A stretch of 64,000 nt of DNA from Hydrolagus colliei. Lineage: Eukaryota. Of this stretch, positions 13,000-24,672 are shown piece by piece (position 1 is the first letter of the stretch; each line of letters starts with the position of its first letter). The notes beneath the pieces were generated by a model. That model had not been told where the DNA came from, ran no database searches, and worked only from the letters and a program-made list of their open reading frames with translations. A program made the position numbers and the translations under genes. The DNA lies in the NCBI GenBank assembly GCA_035084275.1, contig CM068748.1, forward strand, positions 4,340,001-4,404,000. Reading direction: 5' to 3'.

Positions 13000-13420
13000 G
13001 TGAATTCCATAAAGCATTTCAAATATGTTTTGGGGAAAGATGACATAATGGAAATATAATGTCTCTGGGGTCCATAATACTGGATTATAATAAAACCTAC
13101 TGGACCGGCCTTCAACAGTACATCGGTTTGTAGAATCTTCAGGTTCAATAGCCCATTGAGAGAACAATGAAATTAAAGAATATTTTTTGTGATGCTCTCC
13201 ATCATTCATACATCAGATGGATTTTTATATCAACCTTCCCCTATTTTCTCAATTTCCTCAATAAACAATCTTGCTTGATATCATTGGAAAGCCTTTTGCA
13301 TGTTTCATAGTTGATGCATCTAGTGATACACAATGTTTCTTCAATGAAATTTCAAATGCTAAGGTCATTGCAATCCTTCAAGGTACATTTCAGACGCCAC
13401 CGCAGTAATGCACAAATTTG
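13000..13420 (-). mobile_element. Possible highly decayed LINE reverse transcriptase fragment
   Basis: Minus strand reads VSLDA...MQKAF/NDIKQDCLLRKLRK*G, resembling the non-LTR RT motif D.xKAFD.V.H..LL.KL. Confidence 0.4.
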
Positions 13421-13487
13421 AACACAAATATAGAGGGATCAAAGTGCTTCAGTAACATATCAGAGGGACTAATTATTATAATTACAT

Positions 13488-13615
13488 AATAATCCTTACC
13501 TTTATATAGCGCTTTCCACGTCTTATCGACATCTCAAAGCGCTTCACGGAATACAACAACGTCCCAAGGTTGGGACCAGAGCAGGGTGGGGAGGGGTCAT
13601 GGTTGGGGGAAGGAA
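13488..13615 (-). mobile_element. SINE tail abutting a deleted L2 3' fragment
   Basis: tatagcgctttccacgtcttatcgacatctcaaagcgcttcac followed by acaacgtcccaagg and a G-rich L2 3' UTR. Confidence 0.65.
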
Positions 13616-14469
13616 AGTAGGTAAAATTGACTGTAAATTTGGGGGCGAAACGCAATTGCAATCATTATGCAATCCTTCCTCCCCTTGTTAGTTTCAGTAG
13701 TAAACTATTAGCTGTCATAAGCATATCAGTTACAGGATATGAAGGCTTTCCTATATTTGACCCAGATGTTGGTATAAATACTATATTACGTTCATATTCA
13801 AAACATAGAAAAATAAAAGAATTTTTAAGCCCATGGGGCAAAACCCAATGTGGTACTTTCTCAGAGGATTGTTTTTTGTTCACGCATTATGATTGCTATC
13901 AAAGCAGAAGGCCTCAGAGGAACACTATATACTGTACCATATACAGTTCAGGAAAAGGAAGTTCTGTATTTGGATAACACTGGGACAGCCACTGCTTTCT
14001 CACAGGTTTTCCAAACTCGCTCATAAGAGTGTGAAGATGGATAAGATTTTTAATATTCTAGTCACAACCAAACATCTGTTATGCTTAATTGATAGGTAGA
14101 CACACAATTTAAAAATGCATCTCAAAGTGAGCAAGCCAATAAAATTGAACATTTTCCATATCTATTAATCATCCTTATTGCAACAAGCAGAAGTCAATGC
14201 TGCATTCACGATCACTGTATAAAATCAACTAATACTAGGAGAATAAAAAGTAAAGTTTCTTCTATGAAAATCATTGGCATTCACGATCACTGAATCAATG
14301 ATTTTCCCCCACTCCCGTCCCTTTCTTTCAAAACTGTAAATATTATTACATTTTTATGTGTCACAAGATTGGTTTGGATGAAGTATGTACACAAGAGAGC
14401 TTGGTGGTTCAAACTAGGAGATGAAACACTAACTTTGGGATCCTGATGTGCACACCAGCTGCCACGAAT

Positions 14470-14790
14470 TCAATGACAAAAACTAACCAGAGATCTCAAA
14501 CTAAACATGCAGTGGATTGCTGATCGATTAGTACCCACTAACTGAACAATCTCAAAAATTCTAAATGTACCCTTAGGCTTCTCTTCTTATTGATTAGAAG
14601 CGCACACCGCTAACTGGGAATTAAATAATTCCAGCCCTTTCCTTATTGACTACAAGTGTAGGTTGACTCTGAAAGTAACCAGGGAGTTCAACAACTTTGC
14701 TTATTGATTCGATGCAAAGATCCGTTAACTAAGAAAAACTAACTGGGAAATTCTAAATTTTCCAATAAACTACTTATTGATCACAAGTTC
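14470..14790. repeat. Degenerate tandem array, period about 55-70 bp
   Basis: cttattga(t/c) at 14586, 14642, 14700, 14773 alternating with taac(t/c)-purine motifs at about 14539, 14611, 14676, 14740. Confidence 0.6.
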
Positions 14791-15217
14791 CTGTGATTTA
14801 ATAGATTGCACAGTGTATATAAGATAACTATGCATATGGAACAATGCCTAAATGGGATAGATTAATTAAGAAGTAGTCTAATTTCAAGATTTGTTTACTG
14901 CGTGCTGTTTGCATAATACTGTATGCAGTTTCCATAATTAATCCTTACTGACTCATTGAGGTTTCAACATGAAGCCAAGGTGCTGTGTAATGTCAATCAT
15001 ATTGTATCTGTTGCTTTAAGAATGAGCTATTATGATACCATCCAGTAGGTAGTTTCTGTGTGGATAAAAACATAAAATTTCCCACAATTCTGTACTTCAA
15101 ACATGATTTCCATTCCTTCAAAGAAAGCATTCTCTTTTCTCTTTGGCAACAAAGGAAACATTATACACTGAAAAATTGCCCTTGTATTCTGTAATGTTCA
15201 ATGTTTTATAATAAGAT

Positions 15218-15325
15218 AATAATTCTTACCATTGATACACCATATTATCTCATTGTTGAGACGTCTCAAAGCTCTTCACAGAATATACTGTAAAGTGAAC
15301 TGATTGTGGGATTTGTGGGCAAAGC
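15218..15325 (-). mobile_element. SINE 3' fragment
   Basis: gagacgtctcaaagctcttcacagaatatactgtaaagtgaactga. Confidence 0.8.
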
Positions 15326-15399
15326 ATTCTGTTCACACTAGTTAAATTTTCACTACTCAAAAACTCTCTAGCAGTATCAAACAGCACATCTTAAACTCC

Positions 15400-15590
15400 C
15401 CACTGTTCCCAAGCAAATACTTATCCATTTTATTTTGAAGGAATTAATTAACACGGTTGATTCAGCATCAATTGCTTTTTGTTGGGGGTCTGTCCAACAT
15501 AACCAGTACCCTGTTGGGAAACAAATTCTTCTAATCTCCAATCCTGCTTATGCCTGTTTAGTTTCAAGTCTTTGCTCTTGAGTTCTGTTG
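15400..15590 (-). mobile_element. CR1 ORF2 C-terminal fragment
   Basis: Reverse strand resembles the CR1 end (RNLFPNRV.V...AIDAES..SFKIKWISI). Confidence 0.55.
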
Positions 15591-16397
15591 TGGCAAACTA
15601 ATACAATTGAGAGTAAAACTAAAGTAGAACAAAGCATAAACAAAAAGCAAACATGTCCAGCTATTCTCGACATATCCTAAGACTGTTAACTGGAGTGATG
15701 AGGAATATTGTGATGTTAAGATGTTGGGGTTTAGTGGCTAAAAGCATATCACAAAGAAAGACAGAAAGAATTGTGAATGCAAGACCATTCACCAAACTGT
15801 GGTTAACTCCAAGCAAGAAACTATTTCTGGAACAGGAACCCTGACATTGACTGCCATTTGCAAACAATATGAATAACTGTGACTATTAACTACAGGGACT
15901 GGCAATTCCAAAGCATTACTAGAGATGACTTTCTTTGTTAGTAGTAGTTCTGTGAGCAGCACCAACTAAATCAAGAGACCTGATTTGTACTAGTCTTGTT
16001 TTGCATCACAATGGGGGCCATTAGAAAACTAACACCAGACATTATAAAGCCTACCTTGAAAGTTCTTGTGCCACTGCGTCACTCAAAGGCTTTCAAGGGA
16101 CCAAGAACGAGCAGAACAAAATTTGTTTTGCATCACTACAAATAGTGGAACAGCCAGCCATTCCTGCGACCATCTCCTTCAGGTAGTTAATTCAGGGCTG
16201 AAACATAATTCAGGCTATTTCACCTCTTTTCTGGCCCATGCATGAAAAAACGACCTGCAGCTGTATTGAATGCACGGGGTTGAGGGGGTGTCGCAGATAA
16301 AGAAACTGACCATTGTTTTATGAATTTCTAGTTTTCTTACAGATTGCTGCTACAATGTCATTGTTTCATCCTTACTTTCCATGTTGTTTTCTAGTCA

Positions 16398-16500
16398 AGT
16401 ACAGTATAGTCAATTCTCTTTACAGCATATTCTGTGAAGTGCTTTGACACATCTAAAAGATGTAAAAAAAACTGTATCAATCCAATTATTATTATTTTAT
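16398..16500 (+). mobile_element. SINE 3' fragment
   Basis: agtcaattctctttacagcatattctgtgaagtgctttgacacatct. Confidence 0.8.
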
Positions 16501-16607
16501 TATCCTGAGGTCTACCTCAGATTATTTTTAATAGCTCTAATTTTCATGTTGGTGATTGTAATTTGCACAATCTCCCAATGATCTACATAACTGGCATATC
16601 GGGTGCA

Positions 16608-16908
16608 AATAATAATAATACTAAACCTTGCATTTGATATGTTATAGTGCTTTTCATGTCTTCTAGATGTCTCAGAATATTCTATAAATTGAATTGACTG
16701 TACCTATGTAGGTGAAATGCAGCAGTCATTTGCACATAGCAGTGACTCACAAACAGTTGTGGATTGAAGTGACCAATTTATTTATTTTTTCTTGAGGGAT
16801 TATTATCAGGCACATGGAGTAAGGAAACTTGCCCAAGGTTGTGCCCTGTTGGGAATCGAACCCTGATCTCTTACTTGTAAGGCGAGTGCTCTAACCACTG
16901 AGGACTCC
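16608..16908 (-). mobile_element. Near full-length tRNA-headed SINE
   Basis: Minus strand begins ggagtcctcagtggttagagcactcgccttacaag...ggttcgattccc; body and (ATT)n tail present. Confidence 0.9.
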
Positions 16909-18924
16909 ATGAGATGAAGTGAAGAAAAAGCATCACATTTACAGTCAAGTTGTCAAATATACACTTAAATCAAGTTTTTTTCCTAATGATGCAGGCATTT
17001 AGAACCTTTGTCGGAAATAGCACCATAATGGATGTCCAGACAAGTACGATTTATGCTTGTGTTGTTCTTATTTTGAAAAATATACTTCAACCACTGCTAG
17101 CTGATGGTTGGCGACTCCCTAAAGCTATGAATGGAGAATAGTGAAGACTGGTAAAATTACAGCACTGCAAAGAAACCCACAGGAGGCTGGAAAGATACAG
17201 ACCCAATGGAAGTTAATAACTGCTATAGGCTTTAATGTGCCATTAGAACACCCATGTAGTTAATTAATTGCAGGCAAAAAACACTTGTTACTCAATCAAT
17301 ATTTTTAGTTAAACCTTTTTAATGTGCCTTGCACCACCATTTTAGTCATTATCTACCATGTTGTTGACACACTAGTGCAAGCTCGCAGGTTTGGGGAGAA
17401 TATTTGTCATTACTTACTTAGTCCCATAGGAATGTATACCCAGTGGAGGACAGAACATGGTAGAAATGACATTGTAAACAAAGCATAATAAATTCAATGA
17501 TTATTTGTCTATAAAAATCTAAATCAACAGCTTATGTAGTTGATTAATTGAATAACTGGGGCACCACAAGAAAATCAGTCAATCGTGCTGGTAAAGTGTT
17601 TTTATTTATGCAGATTTAGTGCATCCTAGTAACTACATCTTGATAAAAAAGCGTTCATTCTCAGCTGGGTATCAGCCAGGAATCGCAGTGTCTTGGTGGG
17701 AAATTAACTCATTTCAGAGGACAAAGCAGCAGGGGCTCAACAGAAAGTGGTCAGCAAAAGCTTGTTTCAATGTCCATAATTACTGATATGGAAGAAAGCC
17801 CTCGTACATAAGCAATGTTACAGGCAAACATGTTCAGCAATAGTTTTGAGTTTAAAGCTATTGCATTGAGCTTAATACTGAGCACTGTAACATGAGCCTT
17901 CTGGTGACATACAGGCGAGATAAATCTAGATTATTTACAGCAAGTCAGTAGTCAGTAGTCAACCATTTCATGGCCAACAATATTTTAAAATAATAATAAT
18001 CATTGCATCACTAAAATGTCTAAAAGTGCTTCACAGGATTTAGCATAGAGTGTAGTGACCTCATATTGGAAGGCAAACTTTGTAAGACTTTGCATCTGAT
18101 GCAGAAAAACACATAAATAGAAATGACAATTACCAGGCTAACCAGAACTGAAGGGTTTCAACTGACTTAAAAAAAACATGAGATTAAAGTGTGTTTTACA
18201 TAGACCATTTGAATTTGAAGGGTGTAATATAGCCTTTAACATGCTCTCGGCTCTGTGGTATTTTATATAATAGATTAAAATATTAGTATTTCCAGCAGCA
18301 GGAAAAAGGCCTGATCTCTGAACAGGATTGTAATGCAGTGACACGAGTAAAGAATATTATGTAAATACTGTAACTTTAGGCAGATTTGCCGTAAACCACT
18401 CAATGTACTTCATATTTATAGCATCACAAGGCTACTATTCTGGAGGATGTGAAGTACAGTAATTAATTATTCCAGACTGATTAAACTACATCAAACCATG
18501 TCACATGCTATAACACTGGATTATTTGCAAAATGTAATTTTAGTGGCAAGTGAATTTAAAACAAGTACTCCAAAAGCCCTTTAGCAGTCATGAGATCAAG
18601 AAATAAAATAATTTGGAAAGAGAAAAAGTGCTAAGCCTGCAGTGAGTATTCACAATACATATGAATGAATATATGGCATGACATCTGCATGATTAATATT
18701 ATTTTATCTGAGGGCTCAAAATGCACATGGGCAAATGGAGTAGAATTAAATTCTTCCCAGTGCTATTATTTTCTCCAGGAACACGTAGATTTCATAGACA
18801 AAAAAAGTGGATACAACTTCAATAATTATTAAGATCATAAACCTAGGATTTAATCTGTAACATAATATACTGTACAAATTGATGAGTATGTGAACTTGGA
18901 GAGGTGTGTCGAGTAATTGTAATA

Positions 18925-19070
18925 ATAATAAAATAATTAATAATCCTTGCATTTAATATAGATTCTTTCATGCTGGGTGGATCTTTCAAACTGCTTAGTG
19001 GGATTCACTATAAAACATGGTGACTGTGTATTTGTAGGTGAATAGAATATAAACAGCAACAGTGCTTCCT
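18925..19070 (-). mobile_element. Degenerate SINE 3' fragment
   Basis: taataatccttgcatttaatatag...ctttcatg...tgactgtgtatttgtaggtgaa. Confidence 0.6.
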
Positions 19071-19149
19071 AACTTATTGACTTCCAAAGTTACTATTGCC
19101 TTGTACAGCTGTAGCCGTTTGTTTTCCTACCGCACATTTTACGGCTACA

Positions 19150-19210
19150 GCAACAACAACAAAATTACATGTATAGAGCGCCTTTCACGTCGGGAGGACG
19201 TCCCAAGGCT
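19150..19210 (-). mobile_element. L2 tail-only insertion
   Basis: caacaacaacaaaattacatgtatagagcgcctttcacgtcgggaggacgtcccaaggc. Confidence 0.8.
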
Positions 19211-19249
19211 AACCTGAAGAGGGAGAGCTGGATTCCATTGACGTGCTTA

Positions 19250-19700
19250 CTGTACGAAACTTCTGCAGAAAAATTATTTATGGCAAGTGTAGGATTCCCA
19301 AGAGATGCGCAGGATTCCTTTATTCTTAAGAAATCAAATGTCACACTGCTCTTTCAAAAGAGAAAGAGGGTGGCTGTCTGGTTCCTGGGAGGTATGAACA
19401 TGGTGTCTGATGGCTTTAATGCACAATCCCACACCCAAGCAGACAAGAGGTACAATCAAGCAAATCAGGGCCCTCATCCCAGAGAGCTATGGGGGTACTA
19501 AAGCAATATTTCCAATGTGGGCAACAGGATAGGTTCAAGTTCAAGGTGGTCTCCAGTGAGTAGTTTTTCCAGCGAGCTGTGCAATTGAGCACTGTTATTT
19601 TCATATGGATATATTTAGCTATGGTACTGCTATTTGCTCATGATTGACATTTTATTCTAGACACTACTAAAAGATGAGTGGTTGAGTGATACATTGAAAT
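19250..19700 (+). mobile_element. Decayed CR1 RT fragment
   Basis: DSFILKKSNVTLLFQKRKR resembles CR1 DWK.ANVTPLFKKG; a later SRHY/DTTK segment resembles ADDTK. Confidence 0.5.
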
Positions 19701-21468
19701 GTATTGTGTTTTGTTCAATTGTACCATGCTGATAGTGTTCACATTTATTGTGGCTGACCAATATCAACTTCTCTCTGATGGCTGTTATGTGATTGATTCA
19801 ATAGGATTTACAAACATTGCAAGTTATACAGCACAGATTAACAAAAGAAACTTGTCTACATTTTGGCAAGTTGGTCACCTCAGTTGAAACCAGAAACTGT
19901 GTTTTTCCCTTTAAAGTTTCACCCTAACCGTAACTGCCAAATCATGTGTGATTTTGCTATTTTGTTTCGCATGAATCCCAGACAATAGGGTGTACCATGC
20001 ATCAATCACTATAAATAATAACTTTTCATTGCACAAGTTTTAATGAGAAATCACATAGTTAGCAATGCATGGAACAAGAACAAGAATAACATATAGCACC
20101 ATTCACATAGGATAGCAACTCAGAGATGAAATCAGTAGAGTCCAGATGGAAAAGAACCAACAGAGTGAGTGAAGCAATCACTTCAGTTAGGTGTAAGATC
20201 AGATGAAGATTTCTTATGCCTAAGATCTAAGATGTGAACCACAAGTATATGTCAAGGGAAGCTTGATATAACCATTGAAATTGTCCTAAACATTGATCTA
20301 AAAGGCTCCAGCAATGGTTAATGTAAACATCTTAGTGCACATCTACAAGGCCAATGATTCAAATGCCACAGCATCTACTTGCACTGAGGGAGAGGAAAAG
20401 AAAACTGGAACTCGATGGAGCAGAGGATGAAATGATTGCAGTATTTCAAGGGCCTTGGTTACATCATGTGTTATAGTCTCCTACGGAAAACATCTTGTCT
20501 TTGGTACCTGTCTTTAGATTTTATTACTGTTTAATATTTAAAATGTTAAATAATGCTTAAAGTAGATACATTTCTAATGTATTGGGCAATGAAGTAGCAA
20601 ACCAGTATAATTTATTGTTATTGGATTTAGACTCCACATTACAGGTGCTCTAAAATACTAACAATAAATACAACAGGCAAAGCCTTATATCATCCTCATC
20701 ACATTGACAAAAGGAAATAGGGCTCTTCAATATGCTGTCAATTTCCCTGTATTCTTTTCCCAAATGCTATAAAAAGTTACTAAACCAAACATCACTGAAA
20801 CAATGTAGGGCCCAAGATTATTTTCCATCCAAATGTTGTAAATCACACATTCAAAGGATTGATCCATATTCACAGCTCCCATCAACGTTGCTCCCTTCTG
20901 AAATGGACACTAAAATATTTAGTGACAAGGAAGGAAAAGGCTAATTTAGCTTATTCAGCCTTAGTAAAGGTATTTAAGAAGGAACTCTTTCAGCATTGAA
21001 CAGGCTCCGAGGGCATTTCAGAAAGTGTATAATTAACACCAGGTTTGACCAAACACAAGTGAGTTTAATAAATGGCAGAATTTGAAGCAACATCATATAG
21101 AAAAGTGAATGGTAAAGAGGTGTTTGCTATTTGGGAGCATGGATAATAATAATAACAGTATCATTAGATGTATAGTAATTCTTAGAATATTGCAGTGGAG
21201 GGGGAGAAGGAAAGAACATCAGACATATTGCAAATTGGACACTATTTTGCAATTTATTTCACTACGCTAATTCATGCAAATTGTCATTCATCTTAATTTT
21301 ATTTTCATTCAGGTTTGAAAATGCCTCGTGTTTTCAGATCTGTCTCAAACCATTTCACTATTAAAAAAAAACCTGAATTTGAAATAATTGTTTATATAAA
21401 TGTATTTTCTCCCCAATTTAACCTTGCACTTCATCATTCCAATTGTTAAAGCAATACAGCTTCTGATT

Positions 21469-21760
21469 GGAGTCCTTTAGCTCAGCAGTTAGAGCACTCG
21501 CCTTACAAGCGAGGGATTTGGGTTCAGTTCCAGGCAGGGCAAAACCTTGGACAAGTTTCTTTACCACACATGCCTAATAATAATCCCTAAAAAAAAATGT
21601 GGTCACTTCAATCCACGACTGTTTGTGCACAATTGGTTGCAGCATTTCGTCCACAAAATATATAGACAATTCTCTTTACAGTGTATTCTGTGAAGCGTTT
21701 TGAGACATCTCGAAGACGTGAAAAGCACTATATCAAATGCAAGGATTATTATTATTATTA
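21469..21760 (+). mobile_element. Full-length tRNA-headed SINE
   Basis: A-box tagctcagcagttagagc, arm ctcgc-cttacaa-gcgag, B-box ggttcagttcc, body, (ATT)n tail. Confidence 0.92.
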
Positions 21761-21789
21761 ATTTGCTTTCAAGTTCAAATCTTCCTCAC

Positions 21790-21910
21790 CATTGCTGATA
21801 ATTATCACAACACATAGTACAAATTCCACTTCCCATCCCAATATTTCTTCCATGGTTTGCTTGTCAGACTTATACTGTGAGGTAACTTCATTGAAAAAGG
21901 AACAAAAGTG
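21790..21910 (-). CDS. Candidate exon containing a start codon and signal-peptide-like sequence (MEEILGWEVEFVLCVVIIISN-G)
   Basis: Long pyrimidine tract ...ttcttctttccgtttgatctttcag|, Kozak accATGg, donor ATG|gtgagg in phase 1. Confidence 0.3.
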
Positions 21911-22759
21911 CTGAAAGATCAAACGGAAAGAAGAATGAGGAAAATGATTACAGCAGATAGATGGAAATTTAACACAGTTGAAATTCAAACCAGAAATTCA
22001 TTCCTGTCAGTATCACGAGATCCTGTCCACATTGAAACTTTATCCCCCAGCATACACTGAACAGAAGTGAAGGGCAAATCCATAAAGCATCTCAGTTGTG
22101 TCAATCAATGTTAAAGCTGTAAACAGCACACTTTTTTTCAGTATGATTTGCACAAAACAGATTGGCACATAGAAACTTGATCCTCTTGAAACCTCACTTT
22201 GGGTATGAAGTTGGGTGTTAGAGGAGGCAGTATTAGTAGACAGATAGAGATCTAAAAGACTAGGAGAGATATGAAATAATGTTCAGCCTTTTTCCTGCAT
22301 TCTCCCTTACATGTGAGCGTCAACTAATCAAATTGGTATGGCACTGATGTAATTTTATACAGCTTAAATAAATCCCAGTTTCTTAAACTTTCAACAGATA
22401 CTCTGACATTTATACTACATCGCTAAAGACACACATCTATCAATTTTTATTCTCAGATTTAATAATCTGCAGAATAAATTTATCAATTCTAAATAATGAC
22501 ATACAAAATACAAAAAAGCAGAGGATTAGATTTTCGAAAGATGTTCATCCTCAGGCCGGCACAATTGATTCGGTCTTTGTTTTTCTATATTTCATTAAAT
22601 CGGTTACGTCACAATTTTCTCAGTGATCGTATATTACATTACTTCAAGGGGAATGTAATCTTGCTTAAACCAAGTCAAAATCTCCGATCACAAAGTCTTC
22701 CATTGCAATCTGCATTACAAATTTTTAAAATTAAATTCTGTTTTATTTAAAGGTACTCA

Positions 22760-23010
22760 ACTGGAGTCTTGTGTACAGTTTTGGGAACCACAACTTCATA
22801 ACACTTCAAAAACAATGTAAGACCTCCTTGATTTCAGAATTCAGAACAATTTGAATTTAAAAAAATTGAGCAAGACCTGCTTTACTCTGAGAGTCTTGTA
22901 GGATTGTGAAATTCACTTGCTCAAAACACTGTTAATATGGAACCAGTGGGAATGTTAAAAGGCCTGTAGATAAATGCTTGGCTAAGAGGATTCATACCAC
23001 ATGAAGTTAG
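22760..23010 (+). mobile_element. Decayed CR1 ORF2 3' fragments
   Basis: ctggagtcttgtgtacagttttgg (LEYCVQFW-like), then a ...RVVGLWNSL-like segment. Confidence 0.55.
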
Positions 23011-23536
23011 GATGATTTTCAAAATAATTAAGGGGCAAAATCTGAAATTTTCACAGAAATGTTCAGGTATTCAGCCAATGATTTGAGATATTATTATCAC
23101 CAGTGGATGTATGGGTTGTACAGAGAAACAAATTGTACAGATTTGCTCTGTTTGTCATCAAAGAGGGAGCCTAACACCAGTAACCAGCCAAGAGAGAAGA
23201 TTGAAAGACTCGCCATCAAACATTATGGGTGTTGGAAACTAATTATATAACTGGAGCAATTAGCTGAGAGAAGATAGTGGAGGAGGTTAAATTACCTTCA
23301 GTTAGTGCAGCCATTAAGTCAGGATGTTTCCGCGAGCTTGTCATTTTCAGCTTCAGATTTTAACCTAAGCACTTTGCACTGTTGCACAAAGCAATTCCTG
23401 CAAGTCTGCTGCCCTGACTGTGTCACCAATGCTCATTGTTAATCAAACGTAATTTTGCAAAAACAGTGCAGAAAAAGTATTTAAATCGTATTTAATTTAA
23501 AAGTATTTAATCGTAAATATATTATTGTATCATTGC

Positions 23537-23839
23537 GGAGTCCTGTAGCTCAGTGGTTAGAGCACGCACCTTCCAGGCGAGAGACCTGGGTTTGGTTCCA
23601 GGCAGGGCGAAACCTTTGGCAAGTTTCTTTATTCCACACGCCTGATAATAGTCACTCAAAAAAAGAAAAAAATTGGTCATTTCAATCCATGACTGTTTGT
23701 GAGACCCTGCTGTGCGCAATTAGCTGCCGTGTTTTGCCCACAGTCAAGTCACTTTACAGTATATACTGTTAGGCTTTTTGTGATGGTCTAGAAGACATGG
23801 AAAGCGATATACCAAATGCACAGATTATATTATTATTAT
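23537..23839 (+). mobile_element. Full-length tRNA-headed SINE
   Basis: ggagtcctgtagctcagtggttagagcac...gagacctgggtttggttccaggcagggcgaaacc, body and tail. Confidence 0.92.
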
Positions 23840-24182
23840 GGTGCTCAGACACTTTCTCAGCAGTTTATTGTTAAGGTATTTCTTAAATATTTGCACAATA
23901 TTTTTTGTCCTCAGCTTTCTGTATTCATGTTCTCCTTCAGATAGAGGGGGCAGAACAGTCCAGTTCACAGCACAGGTACATTCAAAGACACTCTTTGGCA
24001 GAGTCGCCAGGGGGTACTCATGAACAATTTGCGCAGAGATGACCAGCTGAGATTGTCAAGATTAGTCTCAAAGAGAAGCACAAGTGTGAATATCACATCA
24101 AAATGGGATTTGATCACAGGTTTCTACATTGGGGATTCAGACCCTAGTGCTCTAGTTTGTCATAATTTGTATTTCTTTTGAG

Positions 24183-24330
24183 CAGGGCAAATGGATGATG
24201 CAGTGAATTGATAAACTGTTCTTTCACCTCCAGAACTTAATTCAGATGGATAAAGATTTCTCTCTCTCTCTGTCATCTGTAAGATCAAAACACTTTTAGA
24301 AGTTTCAATCCAATTCCTAATGGGTCTAGC
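24183..24330 (+). mobile_element. LF-SINE-like fragment
   Basis: ggatgatgcagtgaattg...ctttcacctccag...tcaatccaattcctaatgg resembles the LF-SINE 5' region (from memory). Confidence 0.4.
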
Positions 24331-24672
24331 TTATTAAGTAGTGAGACTGTCTCATTTAATGCTGCTGCTTTGTATGTTTGATATTACATTATTCTGCTCT
24401 CTATCATCAATATAAAATCACCCCTTTATGATGCTGACATATCAAATTAATCCAGAACATTAACCATTGGTGGGAGGGGAAAAAGGAGTTCAAATATATA
24501 GATTGTATAAACCATGTGTAAAGGGATTTTACACAGCTGTCAAATTAAAAGGAGTACAGTTGACAAGGTAACATATTTCACAAACCCATGTTCAGAAAAC
24601 ACAGATAAAGGCAAACCTGTTGAAGCTATCACCTCCATCAGCAAGTCCATCAGGACGTCCTCCGACAGGAAA

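Noticed and set aside
14470-14790. CRISPR-like repeat-spacer array
   Set aside because: Repeats are only about 9 bp, degenerate and irregularly spaced, with no cas genes and a vertebrate context
20300-20470. RTE-like RT fragment (LELDG...FKGLGYI)
   Set aside because: Only one weak motif that needs a frameshift; not enough to call
21469-21542. Functional tRNA-Val gene
   Set aside because: Runs directly into a SINE body, the T arm is mutated, and copies differ from one another
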